From the NCBI GenBank assembly GCA_904419735.1, contig CAJFSR010000014.1, positions 5,955-69,954 on the forward strand: DNA of 64,000 nucleotides, given 5' to 3'. The notes under the pieces are model-generated. The model did no database searches. It was not told where the DNA came from and saw only the letters and a list, made by a program, of their open reading frames with translations. The position numbers and the translations under genes were made by a program. Within the stretch, counting starts at the first letter, position 1; each line of letters begins with the position of its first letter. Shown here piece after piece: positions 1 through 8,424 of this stretch. The DNA is from Candidatus Neochristensenella gallicola (GTDB lineage Bacteria > Bacillota > Clostridia > Christensenellales > QALW01).

Positions 1-2
1 AA

Positions 3-953
3 GGCGTCCGGCTCCGCCGGGCAAATGTAAAATTGCCCATACTCTGCGTGGGCGCGTCCTTTAAGAGCAGCTTGGAAGAGGGGATTAAAGAAGATATAAT
101 TCTTACCCTCTATGAAACAGGCCAGTTATGCGATATGCAGGAGGCCGCTGAGCGTGCTGGAAAGAAAGCGCGCGTACATATAAAGCTGGAAACGGGCATG
201 AACAGGCTGGGCGCGCATACGGACGGCGAATTGCTACAGCTTGCGCGTGAACTAAAGAAATGCGATATGGTTCAGGCGGAGGGAGTATTCACTCATTTTG
301 CCGCCAGCGACAGCACGGACAAGACATTTACATATGAACAAGCAAGCATATTTAACCGAGGACGGGAGATTCTGGCCAATGAAGGCTTTGACCGGCTTAT
401 CGCTCATGCCGCTTGCAGCGGCGGAACCTTAGATTGCCCTGATTTATATTACGATATGGTGCGGCCGGGCATAGCGCTCTATGGCTATCCTCCCTCAAGC
501 GAGGTTATTAACCATCTGCCCCTTGAACCCATAATGCGCATTGAGAGCCGGCTGAGCCAGGTTAAGCATATTAAGGCGGGAGAGAGCGTAGGCTATGGCC
601 GCAGCTATACGGCGCAGAAGGATATGCGCATAGGGGTAGTGCCCATAGGCTACGGAGACGGATACCGCCGTGCTTTGAGCAATAAGGGCTTTGTCATTAT
701 AAACGGCTGCCGCGCAAATATTCTGGGCCGGGTATGCATGGACCAGATGATGGTGGATATAACCGACATTCCTGCCGAATCGGGCGAATTAGCGGTGCTG
801 TTAGGAAAAAGCGGCGGGGAGAAATTCGATGCGGAGGATATGGCTGAAATCTGCGGCACGATAAGCTATGAAATCACTTTAGGCTTTACGGCGCGGGTAC
901 CCAAAATATATTACGGCGAGGCGTATGACAGGCTTGACAAGAGAGGATTATAA
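3..953 (+). CDS. alr: alanine racemase, 5' end outside window
   Basis: The frame is open from the window edge, so the ORF-track start at 33 is only an internal TTG. Shows PLP-dependent racemase blocks MVRPGIALYGY, VGYGRSYTA, PIGYGDGY and GRVCMDQMMVD. Confidence 0.9.
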   Translation, partial: GVRLRRANVKLPILCVGASFKSSLEEGIKEDIILTLYETGQLCDMQEAAERAGKKARVHIKLETGMNRLGAHTDGELLQLARELKKCDMVQAEGVFTHFAASDSTDKTFTYEQASIFNRGREILANEGFDRLIAHAACSGGTLDCPDLYYDMVRPGIALYGYPPSSEVINHLPLEPIMRIESRLSQVKHIKAGESVGYGRSYTAQKDMRIGVVPIGYGDGYRRALSNKGFVIINGCRANILGRVCMDQMMVDITDIPAESGELAVLLGKSGGEKFDAEDMAEICGTISYEITLGFTARVPKIYYGEAYDRLDKRGL

Positions 954-1488
954 AAAAAACAGGGACGCTCTGCCGTTGGGTGAGCGCGAGGCCTTTTCAA
1001 AAATTGTTTGTCATGCTATAATAAACAGCAGGGAATATAAAAATGCCCGGCGGATAATGGCCTATTGGGCCATATCCAGCGAATTGTCTTTAAGCGGACT
1101 TATTGAAAATGCGCTTTCGGCCGGAAAGGAATTATATCTGCCCGTATGCGCTCCTGACGGCAGTATGGAGGGTGCGCGCTTTTTTAAAGAGGACAAGCTG
1201 CATTCAGGAATATGCAGGGTGCCCGAACCTGCGGGAGAGTTAATCCCTCCGGAGAAACTGGAGCTTATAATTGTTCCAATGCTGGCCTTTAATGCGGCCT
1301 GCTTCAGAACGGGCTGGGGCAAAGGCTATTATGACCGGTATCTTGCCCGGACGGGCGCGTTCCGCTTAGGAGCGGCTTTTAGCTGTCAGTATGACGGACT
1401 TATGGCAGTGATGCCGCATGACAGGCAGCTGGATAAAATAATAACAGAAGCGCATATCTGGACGCCGGAAGCGCGGGAAAGGTATTAA
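925..1488 (+). CDS. 5-formyltetrahydrofolate cyclo-ligase
   Basis: 187 aa with the family signature GWGKGYYDRY and a typical size. Overlaps the alr stop. Confidence 0.8.
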   Translation: MTGLTREDYKKNRDALPLGEREAFSKIVCHAIINSREYKNARRIMAYWAISSELSLSGLIENALSAGKELYLPVCAPDGSMEGARFFKEDKLHSGICRVPEPAGELIPPEKLELIIVPMLAFNAACFRTGWGKGYYDRYLARTGAFRLGAAFSCQYDGLMAVMPHDRQLDKIITEAHIWTPEARERY

Positions 1489-1491
1489 GAA

Positions 1492-2406
1492 ATGATAAGG
1501 GATACAATTAAATTTGCGGTAAAGCTGTTTTTTGTTAATCTGGCCGTTTCCTTTCTGGGAATTATAACGCTTTCACTGCTGCTTTCTGCGCAGGTGGGCT
1601 TTGCGATATGCGCTGTGGCCGGCTTTATCTTTATAGGCTTTACCCTTGGCGTGGTCTGGGACAATACCACCCGCAAGGGCGGAGAGGACTGCAAAGCCAC
1701 ACTGAATTTTTTAAAGTACGGGAGCGGGCAGCGCGCCCAGGACAGTAAGCGCTTCTATCCGGCCAAGGGCTTTATTGCGGGCTTGATTGCCATGCTGCCT
1801 TATCTTATAATATGGATAATTTATATGTGCGGGACTTTCCACGGCTGGGAAAAGGGAGTGCCGCTGGGAGTGCAGCTGCTCTATTCGGTGCTGTATCTCT
1901 CTTTTATTCCCTACGCTCCTTTTCTGCGCCTTGCGACCGTGGCCGACCCAATCGTATATCCTACTCATTATATGCCCCTGGGAAGTGAAGCCACGCAGTA
2001 TTTTAACTTAATGACCGTCAACAGCAATGTTATGCCCTATATGTTTATTATTCCAATAGTGCTTTATATACTTACTGCGGGTATCTGCTACATATTGGGC
2101 AATAAGCAGCAGCAGAAGCTTTATCCTGAGCATACCTTTAAAAAGTATTTTGAGCATCAGGAGAATGCCCAATCTGAAAGCGGCAGTGTTCAGGCGGACG
2201 CAAACCAGAGCGCTCAGGCGCAGACGTCGGAGCAAGCTGCCCGCGTTGGCGATAGCGTGCCGGACGGTGATGAGACTCAGGGCGCAGAAGGCGCGGCCAT
2301 AGAGGAAATGCCTCAAAGTGCAGAAAGCATATTGCCTGAGGAAAAGGAAGCTCCTAAAAATCAGGCGCAGGGAGCTATCAACGGCGGCGCGGGAGAAGGA
2401 GAATGA
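1492..2406 (+). CDS. integral membrane protein with an acidic, Gln/Ala-rich C-terminal tail, function unknown
   Basis: Several hydrophobic segments and a low-complexity C-terminus. Tightly packed between flanking genes on the same strand. Confidence 0.5.
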   Translation: MIRDTIKFAVKLFFVNLAVSFLGIITLSLLLSAQVGFAICAVAGFIFIGFTLGVVWDNTTRKGGEDCKATLNFLKYGSGQRAQDSKRFYPAKGFIAGLIAMLPYLIIWIIYMCGTFHGWEKGVPLGVQLLYSVLYLSFIPYAPFLRLATVADPIVYPTHYMPLGSEATQYFNLMTVNSNVMPYMFIIPIVLYILTAGICYILGNKQQQKLYPEHTFKKYFEHQENAQSESGSVQADANQSAQAQTSEQAARVGDSVPDGDETQGAEGAAIEEMPQSAESILPEEKEAPKNQAQGAINGGAGEGE

Positions 2407-2936
2407 GAATTTCGGGCGGCCAATGGCGCTCAAGACGCTTAGTATGCCCTGAGGGAAGGGATATACGTCCTACAGCGCAGCTTGTTAAAGAAGCGGTTTT
2501 TAATATGCTGCAGACGCGGGTATATAATTCAAGAGTTTTGGATATATTCGCAGGTACTGGCCAAATAGGATTGGAAGCCCTTTCACGCGGCGCGGCCCAA
2601 GCGGTTTTTATAGATAAAGACATAAGCCCGCTTTTAAAAAATATATCTTTTCTTGAAACGGCCCCCAGGGTTATTAAAGGGGATTTTGCCGGAGCGCTGA
2701 AAGTTCTGGCGGCTGAAAAAAACAGTTTCGACATTATTTTTGCCGACCCGCCTTATGAAACGGGATATTATTCTCAGATTATTGAGGAGGCTGTGCCTCT
2801 TTTAAATAAAGACGGCGTGCTGGTGCTTGAGCATGACAGGCGGGAAAACATTGAGCCTTTATGCGGCCTGGAAATAATAAAGCATAGGGAATATGGGCGC
2901 AGGGCGGTAACGCTGCTTGCGTTTTTGGAGGATTGA
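2403..2936 (+). CDS. rsmD: 16S rRNA (guanine966-N2)-methyltransferase RsmD
   Basis: SAM-binding block LDIFAGTGQIGLEALSRGA and the N6/N2-methylase motif DIIFADPPY. Shows the conserved rsmD-coaD pairing. Confidence 0.85.
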   Translation: MRISGGQWRSRRLVCPEGRDIRPTAQLVKEAVFNMLQTRVYNSRVLDIFAGTGQIGLEALSRGAAQAVFIDKDISPLLKNISFLETAPRVIKGDFAGALKVLAAEKNSFDIIFADPPYETGYYSQIIEEAVPLLNKDGVLVLEHDRRENIEPLCGLEIIKHREYGRRAVTLLAFLED

Positions 2937-3421
2937 ATATGAAACGACTTGTATATCCGGGCAGCTTTGACCCGGTCACTAACGGACATTACGACCTTAT
3001 AGAGCGGGCCAGCCGCATGACGGACGAATTAATCGTGGCTGTTCTGAACAATCACAATAAACGGCAGTTTTTCAGCGTTCAGGAGAGAAAGGATATGCTC
3101 AGGCAGGTAACGGCCGGGCTGGATAATGTCATTATTGACAGCTCGGAGGATTTGCTTGTGGAATATGTGCGTTCGGTCAAGGCGGGATTTATTCTGCGCG
3201 GACTGCGGGCAGTTTCGGATTTTGAGTATGAATTGCAGTATGCCATGCTCAATCAGCGCCTGGATAAGAATATAGAAGCCGTATATCTTATGACCAGCAG
3301 TGACAACAGCTTTTTAAGCTCGTCCATGGTCAGAGAGATAGGGAGTCTGGGCGGCGATATATCTTCAATGGTACCCCCTGTTATACATGATTATGTCAAG
3401 CAGCGACTTTTAAAAAAATAG
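2933..3421 (+). CDS. coaD: phosphopantetheine adenylyltransferase
   Basis: N-terminal YPGSFDPVTNGHYDLIERA (HxGH nucleotidyltransferase motif), about 160 aa. Confidence 0.92.
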   Translation: MNMKRLVYPGSFDPVTNGHYDLIERASRMTDELIVAVLNNHNKRQFFSVQERKDMLRQVTAGLDNVIIDSSEDLLVEYVRSVKAGFILRGLRAVSDFEYELQYAMLNQRLDKNIEAVYLMTSSDNSFLSSSMVREIGSLGGDISSMVPPVIHDYVKQRLLKK

Positions 3422-3436
3422 AGGAGGACTGTTCAA

Positions 3437-3877
3437 ATGACGGTAAATGAAATGCTGGATATGCTGTCCGAGGAGCTGGAAGGCGCCAAAAAAGGGCTTT
3501 TTACCTCAAAACATCTTGTAGATGCGGATAAATGCCTGGATCTTGTGGATGATATTAAGGATACTCTGCCTATTGAATTGGAGCGGGCGGCCAACATTAT
3601 GAAGGAACGCCGTCAGATACTGGTGGATGCCGAAAACGAGGCGCAGCAGTATATGGACGAGGCGCAGAAGAAAGCCTCGGAGCTGGTCAAGGAGACTGAA
3701 ATATATAAAAAGGCCGAGCAGGAGGCCGCCAATATAGTTAACAGCGCCAAGCAGAACGCCAAGGAGATACGCCTGGGCGCAAAAGCCTATGCCAATGAGC
3801 TGCTGCAGGAGCTGGAAAAATATCTGCTCAGATATGCCGACCAGGTAAAGAAATCCCGCGACCAGTTCGAGAAATAA
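3437..3877 (+). CDS. coiled-coil protein of unknown function
   Basis: 146 aa, Lys/Glu/Ala-rich heptad-like sequence with GGAGG 8 nt upstream. No recognisable catalytic motif. Confidence 0.5.
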   Translation: MTVNEMLDMLSEELEGAKKGLFTSKHLVDADKCLDLVDDIKDTLPIELERAANIMKERRQILVDAENEAQQYMDEAQKKASELVKETEIYKKAEQEAANIVNSAKQNAKEIRLGAKAYANELLQELEKYLLRYADQVKKSRDQFEK

Positions 3878-4880
3878 GCGCCCGCCGTATAACCGCAGTC
3901 AGGGCTATAGCGCCGGCAGAGGCGGCAAGAGGCAGAATAAGACTGCCGCATATTATATAAAGCTTGCATAGAATATAGGCTGCGCAGGCGGAAACCAGTC
4001 TTGCCCCTATAAAAAACAGAGGGTTTATTTCCTTGGGCAGAAAGGCGAGCGCCTGCATGCATATGGAAAGCCCGGAAAAGCTTAAGAGGAACGAGCAGAG
4101 GGGCAGCAGGGCGCCGAGGGGAAGCCCCATTTCGCTTAAGCGGTTTATTCCGTTGGTCATCTCCATAATTCCGGCAATTAAGGCGCCTCCCAAGCCTTTT
4201 AAAAGCCCAAAATCATCCGCCAGCGCGATTATTACGCCGAAAAGGAGCATATATCCGCCCACTGAGAGAATGGCCTTTATGGAGGACAGTATGCTTTGGC
4301 GCAGGATTTCTCCAATGGAGGTAAGGGGCGGTTCTCCCTTAAATTGGTTCCCCTGCGCGGTTCCTCCTGAAAACATCCCGTAGAGGGAGCCGGTTAAAAA
4401 ACAGGCGAGGTAATGTATAATTAATAAGGTAAGCCCCATTTCGGGCATGCCCAATATTGCCGCGGCTACGCTGCCTGTTATAAATACCGGCCCTGAGCTG
4501 TGGCACAGGGCGCTCAAGGGCTTAAGCTGGGCGAGAGAAATATATTTTTGGTTATAAAGTTCCCCGCACATGCGCGCGCCCGTAGGATAACCGCATAAAA
4601 GGCTCATGGCCAGAGCGTATCCGCCTTGGACGGGCATTCCCATTAAGCGCATAAGAGGTTTGAGTGCTTTGGCAAAAACAGGAGCGCAGCCTAATAGGAG
4701 CAGAGCCTGGGATGCGATGAAAAAGGGTAGCAGGGCCGGAAGGACGGCCTTTGCCCAAAGCAGGATAATATCTATCCCTCCCTTAAGCACCGTCTGGGAA
4801 CGGAAAACGGACAGAACAATAAGAATAATAAACAATAATATATATATAAATCTGGGCCGAAAAATCCTCTTTATTTTCAA
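3828..4880 (-). CDS. ylbJ: YlbJ-like sporulation integral membrane protein (nucleoside-recognition/Gate-type membrane domains)
   Basis: Polytopic membrane protein next to rsmD-coaD, as in Bacillus ylbH-ylbI-ylbJ. The likely start is TTG at 4880, preceded by AAGGAGG with an 8-nt spacer. The 506-aa track ORF is an artefactual 5' extension running antisense into dnaX. Confidence 0.6.
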   Translation of the reverse strand: MKIKRIFRPRFIYILLFIILIVLSVFRSQTVLKGGIDIILLWAKAVLPALLPFFIASQALLLLGCAPVFAKALKPLMRLMGMPVQGGYALAMSLLCGYPTGARMCGELYNQKYISLAQLKPLSALCHSSGPVFITGSVAAAILGMPEMGLTLLIIHYLACFLTGSLYGMFSGGTAQGNQFKGEPPLTSIGEILRQSILSSIKAILSVGGYMLLFGVIIALADDFGLLKGLGGALIAGIMEMTNGINRLSEMGLPLGALLPLCSFLLSFSGLSICMQALAFLPKEINPLFFIGARLVSACAAYILCKLYIICGSLILPLAASAGAIALTAVIRRALISRTGRGISLPGRHI

Positions 4881-4964
4881 GCGGGACGCCTCCTTGGCAG
4901 GAACCTGCCGGTATAGAGAATATATTCGGCCGTTTATCAGATTATGAGTTAAAAGGAGCAGTAA

Positions 4965-6587
4965 ATGAGCTATAAGGCGCTTTACAGAAAGTGGCGGCCC
5001 GAATTTTTCCGGGACGTAGTGGGTCAGGAGGTAATAGTGCGGACACTCAGGGCGCAGATAACTTCCGGCCATATAGCGCACGCTTATCTTTTTACCGGTC
5101 CGCGGGGTACGGGCAAGACCAGCATGGCCAAAATATTTGCGCGTGCCATTAACTGCCTTGAGCCTGAAGAAGGGGACGCCTGCGGCAAATGCGAGGTCTG
5201 CCTTGCGCTTAAGGGCGAGGCTATGGATATAATAGAGATGGACGCCGCAAGCAATAACGGCGTGGATGAAATACGGGCGCTCAGGGAGAATATAGTTTTC
5301 CCGCCGGCGGTGGGAAGATATAAAGTGTATATCATAGACGAAGTTCATATGCTCTCTCAGGGCGCGTTCAACGCTCTTTTAAAGACTCTGGAAGAGCCGC
5401 CCGAGCACGCGGTGTTTATACTTGCCACTACCGAGGTGCATAAACTCCCTGCCACTATTCTTTCCCGGTGCCAGCGCTTTAACTTTAAAAGCATCAGCGT
5501 ATCGGATATAAGCGGGTACCTTAAAAAAGTGCTTAAGGCCAGCGGCGCTGAATTTGAGCCGCAGGCAGTGGATTTAATAGCCCGCTCGGCCGAGGGGGGC
5601 ATGAGGGACGCGCTGTCCATAGCGGATATGTGTTTGTCCTACTGCGGCAGCAATGTTGGATATGAGGACGTAGTAAGCATTTTGGGTACGGCGGACAGGG
5701 AATTCATGTTTAAGTGTGCCGACGCGCTTATAAATTCGGATGTTAAGGGGGCGTTGGACGCCTGCGCGCAATTAACGGACAGCGGCGGGGATATAGGGGT
5801 ATTCATGAGGGATATCATGAGCCACCTTTCGGATGTGCTTACGGCCAAGCTGGCGGGAAAAGAGGCTTTAACAGCCCTGCCTGACGATATTGTTTCCCGG
5901 CTCCTTGAGCAGGGTGAACGTGCTGATGCGGACAGGCTTATGCGCGCGATTGAACTGCTGGCGCAGGCGGAGAGCGAGCTTAAGCAGCATTCCCGGCCCA
6001 AGGTTATATTAAGCGCCGTTATGGCCAGAATCTGTACTCCCCGTCTGGAAGAGGACGCGCTTGCGTTAAGGGACCGAATTTCCGTGCTGGAACAGGAATT
6101 AAGCAGCATTAAAGCTAATGGCATAGAGATGTCTTCTCGGCCGGCGCAGCCTGCAAAGACCGAGGATAAAAAAGAGGCTTCATCCAATTCATCCAAAGCG
6201 CCTGCGGCAGAAAAAAAGATTTCGGGCGCTGTTAAGGAAACCAAGCAGGATGCTCAGCAGGGTGAACTTTGGGAGGCGCTTTTAGCAAGAATGCGCAAAA
6301 ATGCCATGCCCGTGTATATGACGCTGAAAAGCGCCGAGGGCGGGCGCAGGCAGGATAATGCATATATAGTTATGTTTTCTCCTGAGCATGAGAGCAAGAT
6401 GAAATTTATTAATGGCAAGACAGAGGCAATATCAAAGGAACTGGAAGCTCTCACGGGGGAAAAACTGGCTGTGCGTACTGAGCAAACCGTCCCCGCACAA
6501 AAGCAAGAGGAGCAGGATGAGCTTATCGCAAATATAATTGATATATTTGGAGAAGAAAATATACATTTTAAAGATTCGGAGGAATGA
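4965..6587 (+). CDS. dnaX: DNA polymerase III subunit gamma/tau
   Basis: Walker A GPRGTGKTS, zinc module CGKCEVC, DEVHML and SRCQRF clamp-loader motifs. Confidence 0.93.
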   Translation: MSYKALYRKWRPEFFRDVVGQEVIVRTLRAQITSGHIAHAYLFTGPRGTGKTSMAKIFARAINCLEPEEGDACGKCEVCLALKGEAMDIIEMDAASNNGVDEIRALRENIVFPPAVGRYKVYIIDEVHMLSQGAFNALLKTLEEPPEHAVFILATTEVHKLPATILSRCQRFNFKSISVSDISGYLKKVLKASGAEFEPQAVDLIARSAEGGMRDALSIADMCLSYCGSNVGYEDVVSILGTADREFMFKCADALINSDVKGALDACAQLTDSGGDIGVFMRDIMSHLSDVLTAKLAGKEALTALPDDIVSRLLEQGERADADRLMRAIELLAQAESELKQHSRPKVILSAVMARICTPRLEEDALALRDRISVLEQELSSIKANGIEMSSRPAQPAKTEDKKEASSNSSKAPAAEKKISGAVKETKQDAQQGELWEALLARMRKNAMPVYMTLKSAEGGRRQDNAYIVMFSPEHESKMKFINGKTEAISKELEALTGEKLAVRTEQTVPAQKQEEQDELIANIIDIFGEENIHFKDSEE

Positions 6588-6590
6588 ATT

Positions 6591-6926
6591 ATGGCAAAAG
6601 GCGGTTTTGGAGGCTTTGGCGGAGGCAATATGCAGCAGCTTATGCGGCAGGCACAGAAGATGCAGCAGGATATGGAGAAAGCGCAGCAGGAATTAGGCGA
6701 AATGCAGATTGAAGCCAGCGCGGGCGGCGGCATGGTCAGCTGCACTGTAACGGGACTTAAGGAGATAGTTTCTATAAAGATTAATCCCGAAATAGTAGAC
6801 CCGGAAGATATAGAGATGCTGGAGGATACCGTTACGGCGGCCGTTAAGGAGGCTATGGCTAAGGCTGAAGAGGCCCACAGCGAGCGCATGGGACGTATAA
6901 CGGGCGGCATGGGAGGTATGTTTTAA
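6591..6926 (+). CDS. ybaB: YbaB/EbfC family nucleoid-associated protein
   Basis: 111 aa in the conserved dnaX-ybaB-recR order, with the typical N-terminal MQQLMRQAQKMQ. Confidence 0.9.
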   Translation: MAKGGFGGFGGGNMQQLMRQAQKMQQDMEKAQQELGEMQIEASAGGGMVSCTVTGLKEIVSIKINPEIVDPEDIEMLEDTVTAAVKEAMAKAEEAHSERMGRITGGMGGMF

Positions 6927-6928
6927 CC

Positions 6929-7528
6929 TTGAGCATGTATATAGAGCCTCTGGCGCGGGCGGTTAATGCGCTTTCCAAGCTGCCGGGCGTAGGGGGCAAA
7001 TCTGCGCTCAGGCTGGCCTATCATCTTATAGATATGCCCAAAGAGGAAGTAGAGGAATTGGCAGACGCTATTTTAAGCGTGAAGGAAAGAGTGAAGTACT
7101 GCCAGATATGCGGCAACTTCTGCGAAGAGGATACCTGCTCCATTTGCCGGGACGACGGCCGGGATAAGGGCACTGTTTGCGTAGTGCGCGATCCCAGGGA
7201 CGTTATAAGCATGGAGCGTATGCGGGATTACCGCGGAGTTTATCATGTTTTGCACGGCACTATTTCTCCCATGAACGGCATAGGGCCGGAGGATTTAAAA
7301 ATCAAGCAGCTTCTGGACAGGATTGCCCAGGGCGGGATAAAGGAGATAATTCTTGCTACTAATCCCGATGTAGAAGGGGATGCCACTGCGCTTTACCTTG
7401 CGCGGCTGCTTAAGCCCCTTGGTGTAAAAGTGACCCGTATAGCATACGGCATACCTATAGGCGGGGAGCTTGAGTATATAGATGAGGTTACTCTCTCCCG
7501 TGCCATGCAGGGCAGGCGGGAGATGTAG
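6929..7528 (+). CDS. recR: recombination protein RecR
   Basis: Helix-hairpin-helix LPGVGGKSALRLA, a C4 zinc finger CxxC...CxxC, and a Toprim domain. Confidence 0.93.
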   Translation: MSMYIEPLARAVNALSKLPGVGGKSALRLAYHLIDMPKEEVEELADAILSVKERVKYCQICGNFCEEDTCSICRDDGRDKGTVCVVRDPRDVISMERMRDYRGVYHVLHGTISPMNGIGPEDLKIKQLLDRIAQGGIKEIILATNPDVEGDATALYLARLLKPLGVKVTRIAYGIPIGGELEYIDEVTLSRAMQGRREM

Positions 7529-7572
7529 TTATTTGCTCTTGAAGTTTTAAGAGGAAGCTTTTCCTTTTGTAG

Positions 7573-7710
7573 GTTCTTTCAGGGGTAGCAAAAAGCAGGG
7601 GGGCGGCTCTTGCGGCCCGTGCGGGCCGCCGGGCCGGGCCTGGGCCCGGTCCGGGCAGGCATTTTGCCTGCCAAGAGCCGCCCCCTGCTTTTTGCTACCC
7701 CTGAAAGAAC
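7573..7710 (+). repeat. GC-rich cloverleaf palindrome, copy C1
   Basis: A 37-bp outer stem (GTTCTTTCAGGGGTAGCAAAAAGCAGGGGGGCGGCTCTT / AAGAGCCGCCCCCTGCTTTTTGCTACCCCTGAAAGAAC) closes three GC hairpins: GCGGCCC-GTGC-GGGCCGC, CGGGCCGGGCC-TG-GGCCCGGTCCG and GGCAGGC-ATTTT-GCCTGCC. Lies 45 nt 3' of recR. Confidence 0.85.
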
Positions 7711-7746
7711 AAGAGGATTTGCGGTAATTTATTTTGCTTTCAGTTA

Positions 7747-8017
7747 CCCCCCGGTTTACAAGGAACTGCACGGTCAGGATGAGTAAAATCTGCCTTTTTC
7801 TGTGCTGCTTTCATTCCATGCACGCTACCTGCCGTTCGGCTATGCTTTACCCGGCATAAATTTTATACATTCTGACTCTACAGCCCCGAACGGAGAGAAT
7901 TTCTTTATTTTTAAAGGCAAACGATAGAAGCGTACTGGATGTATACCCCTTGAGGATAACTCAGAAAAAGAAGGAATTATCCCGTTATGAGGCTTGCAGT
8001 TCCTTGTAAACTGAGGG
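7747..8017 (+). mobile_element. MITE family A, copy A1 (271 bp)
   Basis: Ends are TA|CCCCCCGGTTTACAAGGAA and TTCCTTGTAAACTGAGGG|TA. Collinear with the reference copy 34172-34438 over its whole length. No ORF. Confidence 0.85.
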
Positions 8018-8179
8018 TATTAACAGCCTTAATAAAGGATATATTGCAATTTAGACAATTTAATCTTATTTTAATCATATATGGCGCTATAAATATCTCC
8101 AAATTTTTATTGAATTTTCTTATGTTGTATGCTATACTCTATTATCAGAATTATATTTATATTGGAGGTGGTTCCATAC

Positions 8180-8254
8180 ATGGACGACGGCCCTAGTTGT
8201 CATCATAAAAAATGCCGCAATGCAATAATTCCGTGTAGCGCTATGCATTGCTGA
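8180..8254 (+). CDS. candidate 24-aa Cys-rich small ORF (MDDGPSCHHKKCRNAIIPCSAMHC)
   Basis: GGAGGTGG lies 8 nt upstream of the ATG. A possible promoter is TTGAAT-17 nt-TATACT about 50 nt upstream. Below the ORF-track size cutoff and has no homology support. Confidence 0.2.
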   Translation: MDDGPSCHHKKCRNAIIPCSAMHC

Positions 8255-8424
8255 GGCAAGGCTTTTTTCCTTTGAAAGGAGAAAGGCCGGAATGCTTTAG
8301 CTTTATAAAACGGGGAAAGAGTAAAATTATATAAAGCAAGCTCTCTAAAGGCTGTTCTTTTCGGCCTGTCCCTAAGCATTATTGCCCTTAATAAATCGGG
8401 CATACTATTTTTGGAGGAATTATT

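Noticed and set aside
4881-5348. The 5' extension of the 506-aa ORF 3828-5348
   Set aside because: The extension runs antisense through the dnaX start region. A TTG start at 4880 with AAGGAGG upstream gives a 350-aa membrane protein and leaves a normal divergent intergenic region.
5639-6910. Minus-strand ORFs of 201 and 218 aa antisense to dnaX and ybaB
   Set aside because: They are Ser/Ala/Cys-rich low-complexity translations opposite well-supported genes, so they are shadow ORFs.
7573-7710. Cloverleaf repeats as tRNA or tRNA-like genes
   Set aside because: The outer stem is 30-45 bp instead of 7 bp. There is no 7-nt anticodon loop and no GTTCRA T-loop, the loops are not conserved, and the element is 130-160 nt long. 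They are not tRNAs.
8235-8350. Short motifs ATGCATTGCTGAGG, AAGGCCGGAATGCTTT and AAAGCAAGCT(G) recurring at 9985-10040, 19515-19535 and 25868-25935
   Set aside because: The matches are only 10-16 nt with variable spacing, and I could not define element boundaries or a structure. They may be fragments of a third repeat family. The evidence is too thin to call a feature.
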